From Octopus vulgaris (taxonomy: Eukaryota), in assembly GCA_951406725.2 (NCBI GenBank), contig OX597823.1, forward strand, positions 116,064,001-116,128,000: 64,000 nucleotides of DNA, in the 5' to 3' direction. The position numbers and the translations under genes are program-made. The stretch's first letter is position 1; every line of letters starts with the position of its first letter. Below are positions 1 through 13,591 of the stretch, piece by piece. The notes beneath the pieces were generated by a model. The model did not search any database, was not told the DNA's origin, and saw only the letters and a program-made list of their open reading frames with translations.

Positions 1-109
1 TGGTTTAATACAACAGTAAACATTTTGATACAGTGAGTGATGTGTGTATGTGTGTATATAAGCACTCAAGAAGACCTGCCCACCACAACAGAATTGAGAT
101 CTTAAAGCC

Positions 110-366
110 AAGGTGTCACATAAAGAGCACTGATGATGGTGCCACGTAGAAAACACTGGTGATGGTGCCATGTAGAAAACACTAGTGATGCAAAAAGCAC
201 CCAGTACACTCTGCGGAGTGGTTGGGATTAGGAAGGGCCTCCAGCCATAGACACCAAGCCCAAACAAACTATGGAATGCAGTGCAGCCCCTAGGCTTGCC
301 CATTCCAGTCAAGCTGTCCAACCCATGCCAGCATGGAAAGCAAACATTAAACAATGATGATGATGA
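110..366 (+). mobile_element. 5'-truncated RTE-LINE 3' UTR / RTE-tail repeat ending in (GAT)n
   Basis: Shares 'gcacgtaaaaagcacccagtacactc..ggttgg..ttaggaaggg..tccagc..ccaacccatgccagcatggaaa..ttaaac(gat)n' with the 1911-2705 copy and many other copies in the window. Confidence 0.75.
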
Positions 367-944
367 GTCATGTAGCCATCAGGAGTGAATCAGCTTGCTA
401 AGCAAGATAGGCAATGTCTTCTCAGACAAAAAACTATATTAAATATGAAAATGAATTGATTTCATTATTAAACTGCTAATTTAATGGAAGAAACTGAATG
501 CATGATTCAGTGACTTACTAATATTTTGATGTTAGGCACAATATCCATTGCACTGAAGTTCAATAGTTTAAAGTTAATAACATTATACATTATTAATACC
601 ATATGTATCATGAATTCAGCTCCATGTATGTATATATATATATATATGCATACATGCATACATTAGAGTTGTTATGGAATTAGAAATTACTACAATTTTA
701 ATTGTCATTACAAAGTAAGATGTGTGTGTGTCTGTGTGTCTGTGTGCATGTGACTCTTTGCCAGTGATGATTGAGCCAGTTTCAAGAGCCGTTTTATTTC
801 ATGTGAGTGTTTAATATATATATTTATATATGCATGTATGTATGTATGTATGTATGTATGTATGTATGTATGCATGTATGTATACACGCATGTATGTGTC
901 TATTGAAATATATATATCACCATTATTTTAAAATCTATGTCCTT

Positions 945-1090
945 AGGTGCAGGTACAGCTATGTTGTAAAAAGTTTACTTCTCAACCATAAGGTTCTGGG
1001 TTCAAGTGGACAAGTGTCTTCTAATATAACCCTAGGCTAACCAAAGCCTTGTTAGTGGATTTAATAAATGGAAACTGAGAGAATCTCATT
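945..1090 (+). mobile_element. tRNA-headed SINE family A, partial
   Basis: Degenerate match to the head of the intact copies at 28316 and 49196 (ggtgcagg..gctgtgtggtaag..aaccacatggttctgggttca..gcaagtgtcttctactatagcc). Confidence 0.7.
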
Positions 1091-1093
1091 GTA

Positions 1094-1136
<43 letters not shown>

Positions 1137-1910
1137 GTATGTGTGTGTACATGTATGTGTGTGTGGATGGAATTATCTTATCTTTGAATCCACTGTTAGC
1201 TAGAGCATTGTTATAGTAGGATCGGAGTAAAAGAAACTGGATTGAAGTTCTATTATAAAAGGGTGCTGCATATGAAGAATGCATGAAATGAGTAGGGATT
1301 ACCTCATACTAACCTAATAGAGGGATCAGCTATTCAAGTTGACAGAAGTATGGTAGATTAAGTGAATCAAGAATATGAATAAGGGGAACTTGCAGGTCTA
1401 TTGGAGAGGGTTGCAGAGTTGCTTAATATCTGGGTGAGTAAAATACAAATTACCTTATGTAGAAAAGGAGAAGGCATAAACTCAATTCATGGTGTTTGAT
1501 GTAAGCTATGGATGCACAAGAGATGAAGTTTAATGAATTGAAAAATTAAATACATCAATAACTTCTCAATACATAATTGTTAGTGAGAGATTGCAACACA
1601 CCAATGAGGCTCTGTAGTGTTTCCTGTCCATAACTGATAGTATTTTCATATTTGATTTCCTTTGTTTATATTGGTTTGATAAGTCTATAAATTCTTGAAA
1701 TTACATGAACTTCTGCTGTGATTATTTCACACCAATTACTGAACATTGAAGTTCAGTAAAATACTTTCTGTATAGAAAATGCAACATGATCTTTAAAGAT
1801 CTTCCCTAACATCATGACCAACACATTACCATCACACAGTTCTATATAATAATTATTAATGAGCTTATTGTATACAATACTAAGGTGTATTCAATTTGTT
1901 GGGAGTAGAT

Positions 1911-2705
1911 GGAAGAGGTAGACCCAGGAAAACCTGGGACGAGGTGGTGAAGCATGATCTTCAAACATTGGGCCTCACCGAAGCAATGACTAGCAACCGA
2001 GACCTTTGAAAATATGCTGTGCGTGAGAAGACCCAGCAGAACAAGTGTGACCATAACCCATGGCCTTTACCAGAAGGTACCCAGCCCACTTATGCATCTC
2101 TGCTTGCGAAGACCTGTTGAGGCAAGTGAAATCGAAATTGAATTCAAAATCGAACCAAATTCGTCGACTGACACCCATGCAAACCTTCTTCCATTGGACA
2201 CTAAACTCTGCTTGCGAAGACCTGTTGGGGCAAGTGAAATCGAAATTGAACCAAATTCGATGACTGGCACCCATGCCAGTGGAGCGCTAACAGCTCCATC
2301 CAAACGGGATCACTGCCAGAGCAGCTGTCTGGCATGTGAAGAGCACCATTTGAGCATGATCATTGTCAGCGTCGCCTTACTAGCACTAGTACTGGTGGCA
2401 TGTGAACAAAACATTCGAGCGAGGATCAACTCCTGTGCAGGTGGCATGTAAAAAACACCATTTTCAAGCATGGCCATTGCCAGTACCGCCAGACTGGCCC
2501 TCGTGCCGGTGACTCTTTAGAAGCACCCACGACACTCTTGGAGTGGTTGGCGTTAGGAAGGGCATCCAGCTGTAGAAACACTGCCAGATCAGATTGGACA
2601 CTGACGCAGCCATCTGGTTTGCCAGTTCCTCAGTCAAATCATCCAACCCATACTCGCATGGAAAGCGGATGTTAAACTATGATGATGATGATGATGATGA
2701 TGATG
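1911..2705 (+). mobile_element. RTE-clade LINE 3' end (ORF C-terminus plus 3' UTR, (GAT)n tail)
   Basis: From 1911 it reads GRGRPRKTWDEVVKHDLQTLGLTEAMTSNRDL*KYAVREKT, the typical RTE C-terminal 'RGRPRKTW' motif. The UTR contains an internal duplication (ctctgcttgcgaagacctgttg..., ~2097 and ~2206) and a (GAT)n tail at ~2680-2705. Confidence 0.8.
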
Positions 2706-3186
2706 AGATAAAATAGGGGATAGAAAGCAGCTGTAAGTCAAATAAAGAAAGACAGCAATGAAAGCTAGAAATACATGCAGAGTACACAGGATTAAGCACA
2801 AAAAGTGACCGGTAAAGGAGTAATAAAGAGGAAAGGTTGCAGTGGTGCATCAAGATTAGAATTGACAAATTTTAGGGAGCTTAGAAGGATTCAGTGTTCC
2901 TGACAGCCATCAACCAACACTTGTAGTTTACTCCATGGTTCAACACTTCTGGACATGAAAGAATTGTTCTGAAAGTCATGGAATCTGGACTGTCTTTGAT
3001 TTTATAAGCATTTCAATGGGTGATGGAGATATTGGATTAAGAAAAGGTGGACTAAGTTATTGTTTGAAAGAAGATGGTAGATAATCATGTGAGGTCCTAC
3101 CTAATCAGCTGCTAATTATTAAAAGATTTAGTGTGATGATGTGCAGAGAAGGAGGATGTTCAGAGTACTGTGACTGACGGAGAGTA

Positions 3187-3696
3187 CTGTAAATCCCTGA
3201 GTATAGTCTGCCCTTGAGTATAATACGCAGGGGATTTTTAGGGACTGTACCTCTGAAAAACCTAAACCATGTGTATAATACGCACCCCTTCTCTAACTTG
3301 AGTCAAGGAGGTCTATATAACGTCCTTGGTTTGTAAAAATGTATACGGTAACATCCTTTATTATTATTGTATATATAACATAATGCAAACATGTAGCATT
3401 TTGTGCATTTTGTTTGCAGAAAATAAAAAAATAACAGTAATAACATTTAATAAATGTTGCTTACTGCAAGTTATAGATGATTATTTTATGACTTCATTGC
3501 TTTCAGGCTTAGCTTAAGGTATTTTCACGCCCTACATCACAAAATGCGTGTGAATAAACATTGCTGGACAGCAAATAGAGACTCGGACATTGCTTAGAAG
3601 ATATTTTTCATTTTTAACTTCGTATATGGTACGCACTAAGGATTTTGACCTTTAAATTTTGGGAAAAAAATTCGGATAATACACGAGGATTTATGG
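3187..3696. mobile_element. Non-autonomous DNA transposon (MITE), Tc1/mariner-pogo/Tc2-like CCGTA-type termini
   Basis: Imperfect ~24-bp TIRs (ctgtaaatccctgagtatagtctg / cggataatacacgaggatttatgg) flanked by TA at 3185-3186 and 3697-3698. Confidence 0.7.
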
Positions 3697-4206
3697 TACT
3701 TGCTTGGTTGCATGTCTCTTGATAGCTTCCAGTGATATTCTGGAGAAATTGAGGATTTCAGACTGGAGATACAAACTCAAAGTATGGTCCTATAGAAAAA
3801 CTGAAATGTCAGGACAATGAGTGATAGACGGTGGACCAGCAAAACTGTGCATGTGTGTGTGTCTGCTAGGAACTATAGCAAATCAATCGTGGTTCTAACC
3901 ATGCCGCAAGTGTTTTTAATTATTTTGCTGTTGGCCAAGTTTGACATAAGTCTCTGCTCCATGTGCTTGATACAGAAAATAGTCATCAGTGTTGTTTGAA
4001 ACCTTGCTGTTGTCTTCTTGGCTAAGTATTTCGGTGATTCCTGGTTTTACTGACTTGTCTAAATATTAGCATTTCATGGAAAACGTTTGATAAAATATAC
4101 AAATATAAGTAGCATATTCTACATTAGTCAGAAAACCTGTCGGTCATTTATCTTCCATCTGAGACATCAAGTCAAAATTATTGATCTCTTCATACATATA
4201 TAAATA

Positions 4207-4241
<35 letters not shown>

Positions 4242-4593
4242 ACACAAGCATATTACTATATCAATATTCTGTTCATATTGACTACGAACAATTTCGATGC
4301 AACATAAATCTGACTTAATGATGACTCTTTAGTTACTGCATTCCTCTTTTCCTACAAAATGGCAATCCTACTTCTGTTGTGGATCAGTTGCGCTTTGCCA
4401 TTTTCCTCTCAACTACTTTCTACTGTCTCTGCTATGTTTATTGCTACTTAATCTGCTGTCACAAGCATTTGGTTTGTCTCAGAAATTCTAAATCGTAATC
4501 AATAAACTATTTGCTTAGTCCTGTTTTCTCTTTATATTACAATTTCTTACAGTAAAACTAAGTTTTTTTCTGTTTTTTTTTTTTTTTGGCAAG

Positions 4594-4705
4594 GTGTTCA
4601 TTGATGGGATATGATTTGAATAGACATTGGCTGGAACCTAACCCCTGGGCCCATCCAACTCTCTATGCAACCAAAAATGTCCTGATGGAAGCAGACAACA
4701 GTGAG
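4594..4705 (+). CDS. AGBL4: Internal coding exon of a cytosolic carboxypeptidase (M14D family, AGBL4/CCP6-like)
   Basis: A poly-T tract and AG acceptor (4592-4593) precede the exon; a GTAAGT donor follows (4706-4711). It translates (phase 2 start) as R-CSLMGYDLNRHWLEPNPWAHPTLYATKNVLMEADNSE. This matches the CCP 'N(Y)RCSL.G.DLNR.W..P....HPT' motif, closest from recall to AGBL4/CCP6 (RCSLMGFDLNRHW..P.PW.HPTL). Neighbouring exons were not found in the window. Confidence 0.88.
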
Positions 4706-5483
4706 GTAAGTCAGTTTCTATTGTTTAATTATATCGTAGCTGTTATGCAAAAGTGTCGTAAGTCCAAAACATTGCTTTTTCAGAAAACGAAAAAATAGTT
4801 TCACCATTCCTTAGCAAAACTGTTGTACTACACTTTGACCATTTTTGATATCTTGGTATCTGAAGCAGCTGGAGATCTGATAGTTTGACCAAAAGAACCG
4901 GCTGTTACAGACAAAACTAAATATTGAAAAAAATACATTTTGCCAAATTTGGACATACACTAGTTTAACATAATAGCAATGATTGGTATGTGTGCACATA
5001 TATATATATGTGTGTATATAGTCTTTTCATTATTATATCATCACTATTATATATTATAATTTTCATTCCTACATACTATTAATTTATATGCATGTTTATA
5101 GGCATAAGTCACGTTTGAATTTAGTTTTGTAAATTTTTAATTTTTAATCAATTAAATTATGGCTTGCTCAGAAATGTTCGGTGAACTTATTTGCACACAC
5201 GCATATTTGCCTGTTAATTACATTTGTAACTGTTAAAATACTAAAATATAGAAATTGGTATTGAATTATAATAAAGTTATCAAGTGTCCTGACGATTGGG
5301 GTTGCGTTTAAAAAATGTTCCTGTAAAAGACTGCATGTGTAAGGAACGTTAAACGCACCACATGAAACACATGTAGCAGAGGAATTTAGAAATGATTAGT
5401 AAGTATTAAAATAAAATTCTATGATATGGTGTGATGTATATTAGGATTTGATGAATTGCATGGGGACTTCTATCTCTAAATAT

Positions 5484-5542
<59 letters not shown>

Positions 5543-6005
5543 TAACAATGTCTTCAAGCATTTCTAATACAGGGAAGCAATTACAGAATCCTATTTTTAA
5601 ATAAAAAATTTGTTTTATGACAAACTTTTGAATTTCATGTAATTTCTTATTCTTGTTTTCTAAAAAAAAAAAAATATTATTGTTGTGTGTTATACTATAA
5701 AGACTTACACTTCAGATTTAAACACTGAATACTATTTAAAACATACGTCATATTGCGTCATTCGTTTCCTGCAGAAGATATGATTAACTTTACGAACTAA
5801 TTTTAAATTGTGCAATTTAGAGTTTATTAAGAAAAGAAAAAAACACATTGGAAGATTTTCTTGCAAGTAATTTAAACTGAGTTTGTCAGAGTTCTGGAGA
5901 AGCCTGTTGCAGTGATAAAGAAAGATTGATCATCAGTTTTGTTCTATACTAATTTCAATTATATACCTGTGTGTGTATGTATGCTTATAACTTAATTATG
6001 ATATA

Positions 6006-6227
6006 CAAAAGGGTGCTTAAAAGTCCTTGGCTTTGGATAAAAAAAATATATAGGAGGATTAGTTAAATTAAGATCATGTTCAACATATTTCCCTCTCAGG
6101 TTCACACACTCTCTGCAGTGGTTCTTCAGTTTTTGTAAGCCCTGTAAAAGAACTTGGAAGGTTGGGCCTCAAACCAGGCTTTTCATGAGACCTCCTGTAA
6201 AGCCAGAAACTTTTCCGAAACCCTTCG
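6006..6227 (-). mobile_element. Mariner-derived MITE
   Basis: Degenerate TIRs (caaaagggtgcttaaaagtccttggcttt / aaagccagaaacttttccgaaacccttcg). The minus strand keeps the transposase C-terminus remnant 'HCRECVNLRGKYVE' (~6079-6120). Confidence 0.7.
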
Positions 6228-6319
6228 TGTGTGTGTGTGTACATATAAATATGTATTTGTTGGGGTATATGTATATATATACAGATTGATAAATAAATAT
6301 ATAGATATATAATTGCAAT

Positions 6320-6520
6320 TTTATATTATAAATATATCAAGGCAACTAATTCTACTGTCGCCTTCAAACTGGTTGGGAAATAAATGTGGATTTCATCACA
6401 ATTTGATTCGAAATATAGATGATACTGGATAATTCTGATGAAAGCCAGTCCTTGTTTCCCAGTCAATTTGAAAGAGACAGTGGATATGCCCCAAGTTGAT
6501 GATATGTTATTAAAATAAAA
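6320..6520. repeat. Degenerate foldback / inverted repeat
   Basis: Left arm tctactgtcgccttcaaactggttgggaaataa..tttcatcacaatt is near reverse-complementary to right arm aattctgatgaaa..ttgtttcccagtcaatttgaaagagacagtgga. Confidence 0.7.
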
Positions 6521-6549
6521 TATATAAATTATTCCTATATATATATATA

Positions 6550-6695
6550 CTTTTTTTCTCTCCTTGTTTCTTTCTTTGGAAGAGCATAGGCTCGAAATGT
6601 TAAAGACTTTTTCAATTCCTGAGTGTTAAACTAATACATCTGTTTGCTTTCTACACCACCTGTCTTGGTCTTTTGTTTTTTTCGTGAATAATTCT

Positions 6696-6698
<3 letters not shown>
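6550..6698 (+). mobile_element. Penelope-like element terminal (pLTR-type) fragment with hammerhead-like motif, 3' end abutting (TA)n
   Basis: Same family as 6887-7030 (inverted), 34562-34760 and 49120-49175; contains the motif at 6569-6606. Confidence 0.6.
6569..6606 (+). ncRNA. Minimal type-I hammerhead-like motif (degenerate)
   Basis: tcttt-CTTTGGA-a-gagc(atag)gctc-GAAA-tg-TT-aaaga: stems I and II pair, core is decayed. Confidence 0.5.
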
Positions 6699-6740
<42 letters not shown>

Positions 6741-6855
6741 CATATTACATACATACACACACACATGTACATAAATACATACATACATGCATGTATACAC
6801 ATACACACACATATATACATTACATATAGTACATATTCTTATGTGTGTGTGTGTG

Positions 6856-6886
<31 letters not shown>

Positions 6887-7630
6887 GGGGAGAATTCACA
6901 AAAAAAAACAAAAGATGAAGACAGCAAACAGATGTTTTAGTTTAACACTCAGGAAGTGAAAAAGTCCTTAACGTTTCAAGCCTATGCTCTTCCGCAGAAA
7001 GGAACACAGAAAGAAAAAAAATGTGTGTAGTGGCTACCTATCTATCATGGTAAATTCCGGAGAGGGTTGGGGCACACAGGAGAGCTAGGAAGAAGGAGAG
7101 ATAATAAAGTAGTGGTGATCCCAAAACCAACATTATGATGTTCATAGCATGTGTATTTGTGCATACACATGCTTTGAGCATCATATTGTTGGTTTTCTTT
7201 CTCATAAGCTTTTCACTGTTGTTGGTCACCATTATGGTGAAGACATTAAACGTACGGGGGCATCTGTTTATTATATATGATATAAACTGTACATAGAAAA
7301 CTGACGAAATGCTGAGCTCATGATACACACATTTTAGCTGCATAGATACCACGAGGAAAACTATTTATGCTTTTAATACTTTTATTAATTTTCTTGGTGC
7401 CTCTCTTCCTTGCTTTCTATGTGGTGTGTGGGGACAAGCATGTCAAAGAAAAGAACTAACGTTTCCTCTGCATGTCAAATAAGGCGACTAAAAGAGGTTC
7501 AGGTAGGATTTGCACACCAACCACAAAAAAACCCCACACCAACAATGACTACCCAAGCAGATTCATGGGTCGGAGGGTTGTCACCTGAGCAACTCAAAAG
7601 TGTCCCTCATTTTGTCTGATGTAGGATCAC
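6887..7630 (-). mobile_element. Degenerate Penelope-like element 3' part (inverted relative to 6550-6698)
   Basis: The terminal ~150 nt is homologous to 6550-6698 and 34562-34760. A possible decayed YIG remnant (SYIRQ) lies near 7615-7630; the distal boundary is uncertain. Confidence 0.5.
6965..7002 (-). ncRNA. Minimal type-I hammerhead-like motif
   Basis: Minus strand reads ccttt-CTGCGGA-a-gagc(atag)gctt-GAAA-cg-TT-aagga, with palindromic stem III (AACGTT). Confidence 0.55.
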
Positions 7631-8338
7631 CAACAAGTGGTGAATACAGTGATACACTGTTACAGTACCATACCACTATACCATTACAACTACCATTACT
7701 GCTCTATCTCTTTTTTTTTCCATAGAACCACTCATAAATATTTATTTGAATATTACTACTTTATTATTACTTTAATTGACTTCCCTATACATCAATCTTT
7801 CTGTGTCCGCTGTCATAAATATGAATTTAAAAAACTGGCTGCATAATTTTTTTCTCCCAGAAGAACATTTTATATTTTTAAACACCTTTTCTGATATTTA
7901 TTTTTGATGGTTCTTTTTTTTTTGTCATTTTTAATGTTATGAAACCATTGCTTATCATTCATTTTTCATTGCTTGGATTTTTACTGAATCTCTATAAAAT
8001 GATGGAATATACATACATATTTACATGGTTAATAAGAAAGCAGGTCATATGGAGCAATAAATAAATAGTTATTGAGAGATGTACAGACACAGATAGGTTG
8101 TAAAAGTGAGTTAAAAAGACTGACAAATTGCTTGAAGTATATGTACATGTATGTATGTATGTATGTACGTGTGTATGTATGTATGTATGTACGTATGTAT
8201 GTATGCATGTATGTGTATATATATTTAAGCATATGTATATGTATATATATATAAGTATATGTATATGTGTGTATATATATATATATATGTATATATGATA
8301 TAAATTAGAGATAAAATATACATATATACATACATACA

Positions 8339-8392
<54 letters not shown>

Positions 8393-9621
8393 CACATATG
8401 TATGTATGTTTGTATGTATGTATACATATGCACATTACTATAGTGAAATCTTCTGCTACATTGTATTACAGTTTTAAATTAACTAGACAGTTGTATTGCA
8501 ACTTGTAGTTTAATCTTATAATGTATGCCTGTTCTAAATTAAACATTGTCCGCCTGTCATAAAGATTTCATGTTGGATATTACAAGCTATTCAGATGTAG
8601 ACTGTTTTTGTTCATAAGAGACAACATTGCTTAACATTTCTTCAAGCATGCAATGTAATTATTAATGATAAATTTATTATTTGCTGTCATTATTCTAAGT
8701 TTTAACTCAGCTCGTATAAACTTTGTTTTAGTCTGATAGCCTTCATATCTTGTATCTCCCAATTTTAGAATGATTCGACTGTAGATTAGTGATAAATTAA
8801 TTACCATTTCACAACTCTGACTCACAGCTGGATGAAGTGTTGTCTAGGTTTAAATAGGATAAGATGAATCTTTGAACTACAACAATTTCTGACAGAAATC
8901 TTTATATTTTTATCGAGTTAGAAAGTGTATTATTTACTGAGTCATATACAGCAATTTTATCTCCTAATATTAGCATTCACTAATTGTTACTAATTTTGAA
9001 CGGTATTTATTTCAAGATATATAGATAGATGAGAATTTCTATAGTAATTTTGGTATTGTAGAGAGATAAACCTCATCATAAAACCAGTGTTCAGACTATG
9101 CTTAAATCAGTATAATGAATTATCCACCATGGTACTAGCCTGATTTTTGACTACTTTATTTAATAGCTGATCTATGCTATTAACTGGTGAAGTAAGTTAG
9201 GTACATTTTTTTTGAGGAGCAGGCAACAAAATGTTGAAAAGAGGCAGTCAAAAAACTTCTTTCTTTGTCTCCACATCTATAGCAGAGAATAGATGTACTT
9301 ACCTTTTTATTTCGCCCACACTAATGTTTTATCCTCTTTACAAGTTTAATGAATTGTTTGCAAATGGTATATTCCCATTGCAAGATCTTAAAGAATCATA
9401 GTATACTAGATAAGAGGCATTATAACCCTTTCTTACAAACATTATAGAACGATGTCAATTCCAGATGACTGAAATAGACAGACTGACAGACATATATATG
9501 TGTATGCATTCATTTATAAATACAAACAGATCTGTGCATGTGTGTGTGTGTGTGTGAGCGCACGTGTGTGTGTGTGAGTGCACGTGTGTGTGTGTATGTA
9601 TGTTTTTGCATGCATGTTTGG

Positions 9622-9670
<49 letters not shown>

Positions 9671-12080
9671 TGTATGTCATCCAGTGTCCTGTTTCTATAG
9701 ACAGGCACGCATGTGTGTATAGATAAGGTTCCAACGGTACAATCTTCGACTAATTGGTATGAAATGAACTAGAAATTGAAGATGAAGTAAATGATTCCAT
9801 TGGAAAAAAAAAAACGAACAGCTGTAAATACAATTAGGAAACAAAGAAATATAATAAAAATTCTCTTACAAGAATTTTTGGTGGCGCTGGAAAAGAAAAA
9901 AATTAGGGCAAAAAAAAAAATGAATTTATCAGTAATTTAGAATATATTAATAAATCTGCAAAATATACCAGTTAGAATCACTTTAGCAACCAAGAGTTTC
10001 AGAAATATCAATAAAATGTTATTAGAAATATATATATGAACTAAAAAATATCTTTGGCTGAGTCTGCACTAATGGCAACTGCAAATTAATAATTTTGTTA
10101 AATAGAATTTTTAATAATCACTTTATTCATGGCTATAAATTGATTCCCAACAAAATTTCAAAGAATTCTGTGTTTTTGCTTTCAATGTATTTAGTTGAGT
10201 TTTATATTTACCCTGTTTAATATCACCAAACAAATAGTTCCACTTGATGAAACCAATCAAAGGAAATCATCTTTTTCCGTATTTGGACTTGGATTAAGTA
10301 ATTACTTTATATTTACTTAATTTATACACTTTGAATATTTCGTGAACCATTAATGAAATGAAAGTTGATCTTAGAGTTTATGCCATGAATGTTACTGAGA
10401 TACAACACCTGTATATTCTGAGAAGATTCTTGAAGAACAGATCTTTCATATATTAATAAGCCTGTCAAATTGATTGGGATTGTTGCTAAGATATTTCTCT
10501 GTAGAATTCTAGACTACTTCTTGAGACATCAATTTGAAGTGAAGCATGAAGAAAGCACATCAAATCAGAATCAACGACCATCATATACTGTATACATTGA
10601 GGAATTATACTTTGATATCTACAAATATTGCTTGCTATTTATTAGACATATGTCCAAATTAATTCTATAGGAATTGCCTGATGAGTTATTTATTTCAGCA
10701 ACTTTCTTAATTCTCATCACTGTAAATATAGTTTTCAGCTTTTAGTAAAGATTCCTCTCATTACTTAGATGGAAAGTAAGCAAAGATACTTTATAGAATC
10801 TGTCTTTGAAAGCACTTTTCAAATACATAACTAGGTCAGTAGTATCTAGTAAATACAATAAAGTGTCATTAGTTTTCTTAGCTTCATAAACAATGCAGCT
10901 TCTGTCAACACTTGTTAATTTTAAAAATTATTTTCAATGAGACTGATGCTGAGAAGCAATAAAGAATAACTAAATGGCCTATTCCAGAGAATTTGCAGCC
11001 AGGGGACTATGGTCAGCTTCCAGAAATTTCTAACATGGCATTGCTTCCAGGAAGTATCATTAATTCTGGATGAACTCTACAAGAATGGTAATGCTACCAC
11101 ATGGGTTTGTCTAAGACATATTTCTGTATGCACTCGTCCAGAGTCTGAGTATTGTTGCCATGTCAGGGCTCACCTAAGGCATGAGCACCCTGGACAATTT
11201 CCCAGGAGCCTCATGGGTCTATGGAATTCTGATGTATAAAATACTGTGGCTCACTGTCAATAAATAAATAGTATATGGCCCACTGCATTAATTTACCCAT
11301 GGGGCCTATAATGTGGCTAAGATGGCACTGCATTTTGTCAAACAGTTGTAAGGACTGATAGCCTACTGCCAGGACAGACCTGCTGTCTTCCTTTGGTTAA
11401 GAGAACCACAGCAAAAGACACTTTATGATGGACATAACTGAAAGAACTGAGGATGGACGCCTTCCTCTTCAGCCAGGTCCTCATTAGTTTTTTCAACTTC
11501 TACTTGCATAGGAAGGGGATATTGGAGAGGCAGGTGCTACCCTCTAGTGGATTTACTGAAAAGTGGGTGAGAGTGGTGAAACTGGTCCATGTCAAATGAC
11601 CGTATTCAGAATGGATATTTCGTTGGGTCAAGAGTGAGGGGGGGGCCAAGATGCTGTTTATGTCTGTTGATGAGCAAAAGCATTTCTCCTGCTACTACTT
11701 CTGGCTGTACTGGTTGTGTTGAATGTAAGCCAGGGCAATGAGGGAAGAAAAAGGGAAGGAAAGAAACCAATCAATGAGTTATTGTTGTGCAAACATTGCC
11801 AAACTTTTCCTCCTCCTCTTCTCTTTCTATTACTCTTGATACTGAAGGAAAAAAAGTGGGAGGCAGAAATAGTGGAACACTGGATTAAGCAATTTGTGAT
11901 ATTTATTGATATCACTTTATGTTGTCAGTTCAAATCTCATTGAGGCTGAGCTGATATACTTCCGGGAGTGTATAAAGCATCAACTGATAAATAAGGGATT
12001 GGTTGAATTAACTACATAATCTTGTCAGACGTTTCTTAAACTAATAATAATAATAATAGTAATAATAATAAATAATAATA

Positions 12081-12204
12081 ATCCTACGCAAAACACTTTC
12101 AATACAGTAACCATCAGAGCACCACAACAAATCACAACTCATACCCAAGGCACACAGAGCTGTGCTCGGTAGTGAAGTGAAAGCACGATATAAAAATAAA
12201 ACTA

Positions 12205-12207
<3 letters not shown>
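12081..12207 (+). mobile_element. Dong/R4-like (RLE) LINE 3' end inserted in an (AAT)n tract
   Basis: Begins ILRKTLSIQ*, resembling the RLE-clade C-terminus 'GTAHILRK.L'. A short UTR follows, and (AAT)n lies on both sides. Dong elements are known to target (TAA)n. Confidence 0.6.
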
Positions 12208-12235
<28 letters not shown>

Positions 12236-12683
12236 GCAGCAATAATAAAAATAATAATAATAATAAATATAAATTAAAAAAGCAAAAAATATAAACACTC
12301 TCCCTCAACGTCAGTCATCATTATTTTTGTAATAACAATCATATTTTTCTTGATGTTAACATATTTCTTTATATCTTCAAATGCTTCATCCTGAGTCTGA
12401 GGTATGTATGGCATTTATCTCGGATAATGTTGGAATGCATGTCTTGTTCCATTCATTTCCATGTCTCTTGCTGCATGAGTTCCTATTCTACGTACATATC
12501 TATCCATTTGCATGAAGGCATTTATTGATGGTTTCTCTGTTGTCCATGTAAATCCACGTGAGAGATTTTTGGGGGATTGATAAATTGGACACTCTAGATT
12601 ATTATTAACTTTTTATTAAGTCAGAAAGCGTTGTTGAAGCATGAAGTATATTTTTAAGGGTCTTCTTCATTTTTTAAGGGTCT

Positions 12684-13476
12684 TCTCTCTTTTATTTGTT
12701 TCACTCACTAGACTGTGGTCGTACTGGGTCACCACCTTGAGGAATTTTAGTCAAACGAATCAACCTCAGTACATATTATTTTATTTAAAATCTGGCACAT
12801 ATTCTATCGGTCCCTTTTGCCAAGCCACTAAGTTATGAGGATGTAAACAGACCAACACTGGTTCTCAAGAGATGGTGGTGGTGGTGGTGGTAAATGCAAA
12901 CACAAACACAAAGGTGCACTCACACACACACATACACATACACACACACTCACACACACATGCACACATACACACACATATATATTAATATATGATGGGC
13001 TTCTTTCAGTTTCCGTCTACCAAATCCACTCACAAGGCTTTGGTCAGCCCAAGGTTATAGAAGACACCTGCCCAAGATGCCACACAGTGATATAATTTTA
13101 CTTTTAATTGCTTCAGTCATTGGATTGTGGCCATGCTGGGGCACCACCTTAAAGGGTTTAGTTGAACAAATCAGTCCCAGTGCTTATGTTTTAGGTCTGG
13201 TGCTCATTCTATCTGTCTCTTTTTGCCAAACTGCTAAGTTATAGGGATATAAACAAAACTATATTGGTTGTCAAGATATTGTGGCAGGACAACACAAACA
13301 CACACACATACACACACACACATTAATATACGATAGGCTTCTTTCAGTTTCCATCTCCCAAATCCACTCACATGGCTTTGGTCAGCCCAAAGCTATAGCA
13401 GAAGACACTTGCCCAAGGTGCCAACTAGTGGGACTGAACCCAGAACCATGTGGTTGGGAAGCCACACAGCCACAGC
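12684..13476 (-). mobile_element. Two tandem copies of SINE family A (~12684-13090 and ~13098-13476)
   Basis: Reverse-complement match to 28316-28696, including the internal (CA)/(TA) microsatellite. Confidence 0.75.
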
Positions 13477-13591
13477 TGGACCTGTGTGGTGCAACATTCC
13501 TGAATATATTCTGGTATTATCTTTGAACCCACCTCAAATTGTTTGTATTAAAAAAAGACAGCCTTTCAGAGTAAATAAAATAAGTACCAAT

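Noticed and set aside
2014-2451. 145-aa ORF with an internal repeat
   Set aside because: Lies in an RTE 3' UTR; the repeat reflects a DNA duplication and there is no protein motif.
4586-4798. ORF-track call of a 70-aa protein
   Set aside because: Only 4594-4705 is bounded by splice sites and homologous to CCP; the rest is intron.
11160-11330. Possible Harbinger-like MITE (cagggc... / ...gatggcactg)
   Set aside because: TIRs are too degenerate and no TSD is identifiable.
12330-12640. Minus-strand coding-like stretch (QSPKNLSRGFTWTTEKPS...)
   Set aside because: Contains stops, has no recognisable family and no convincing splice sites; possibly an old TE remnant.
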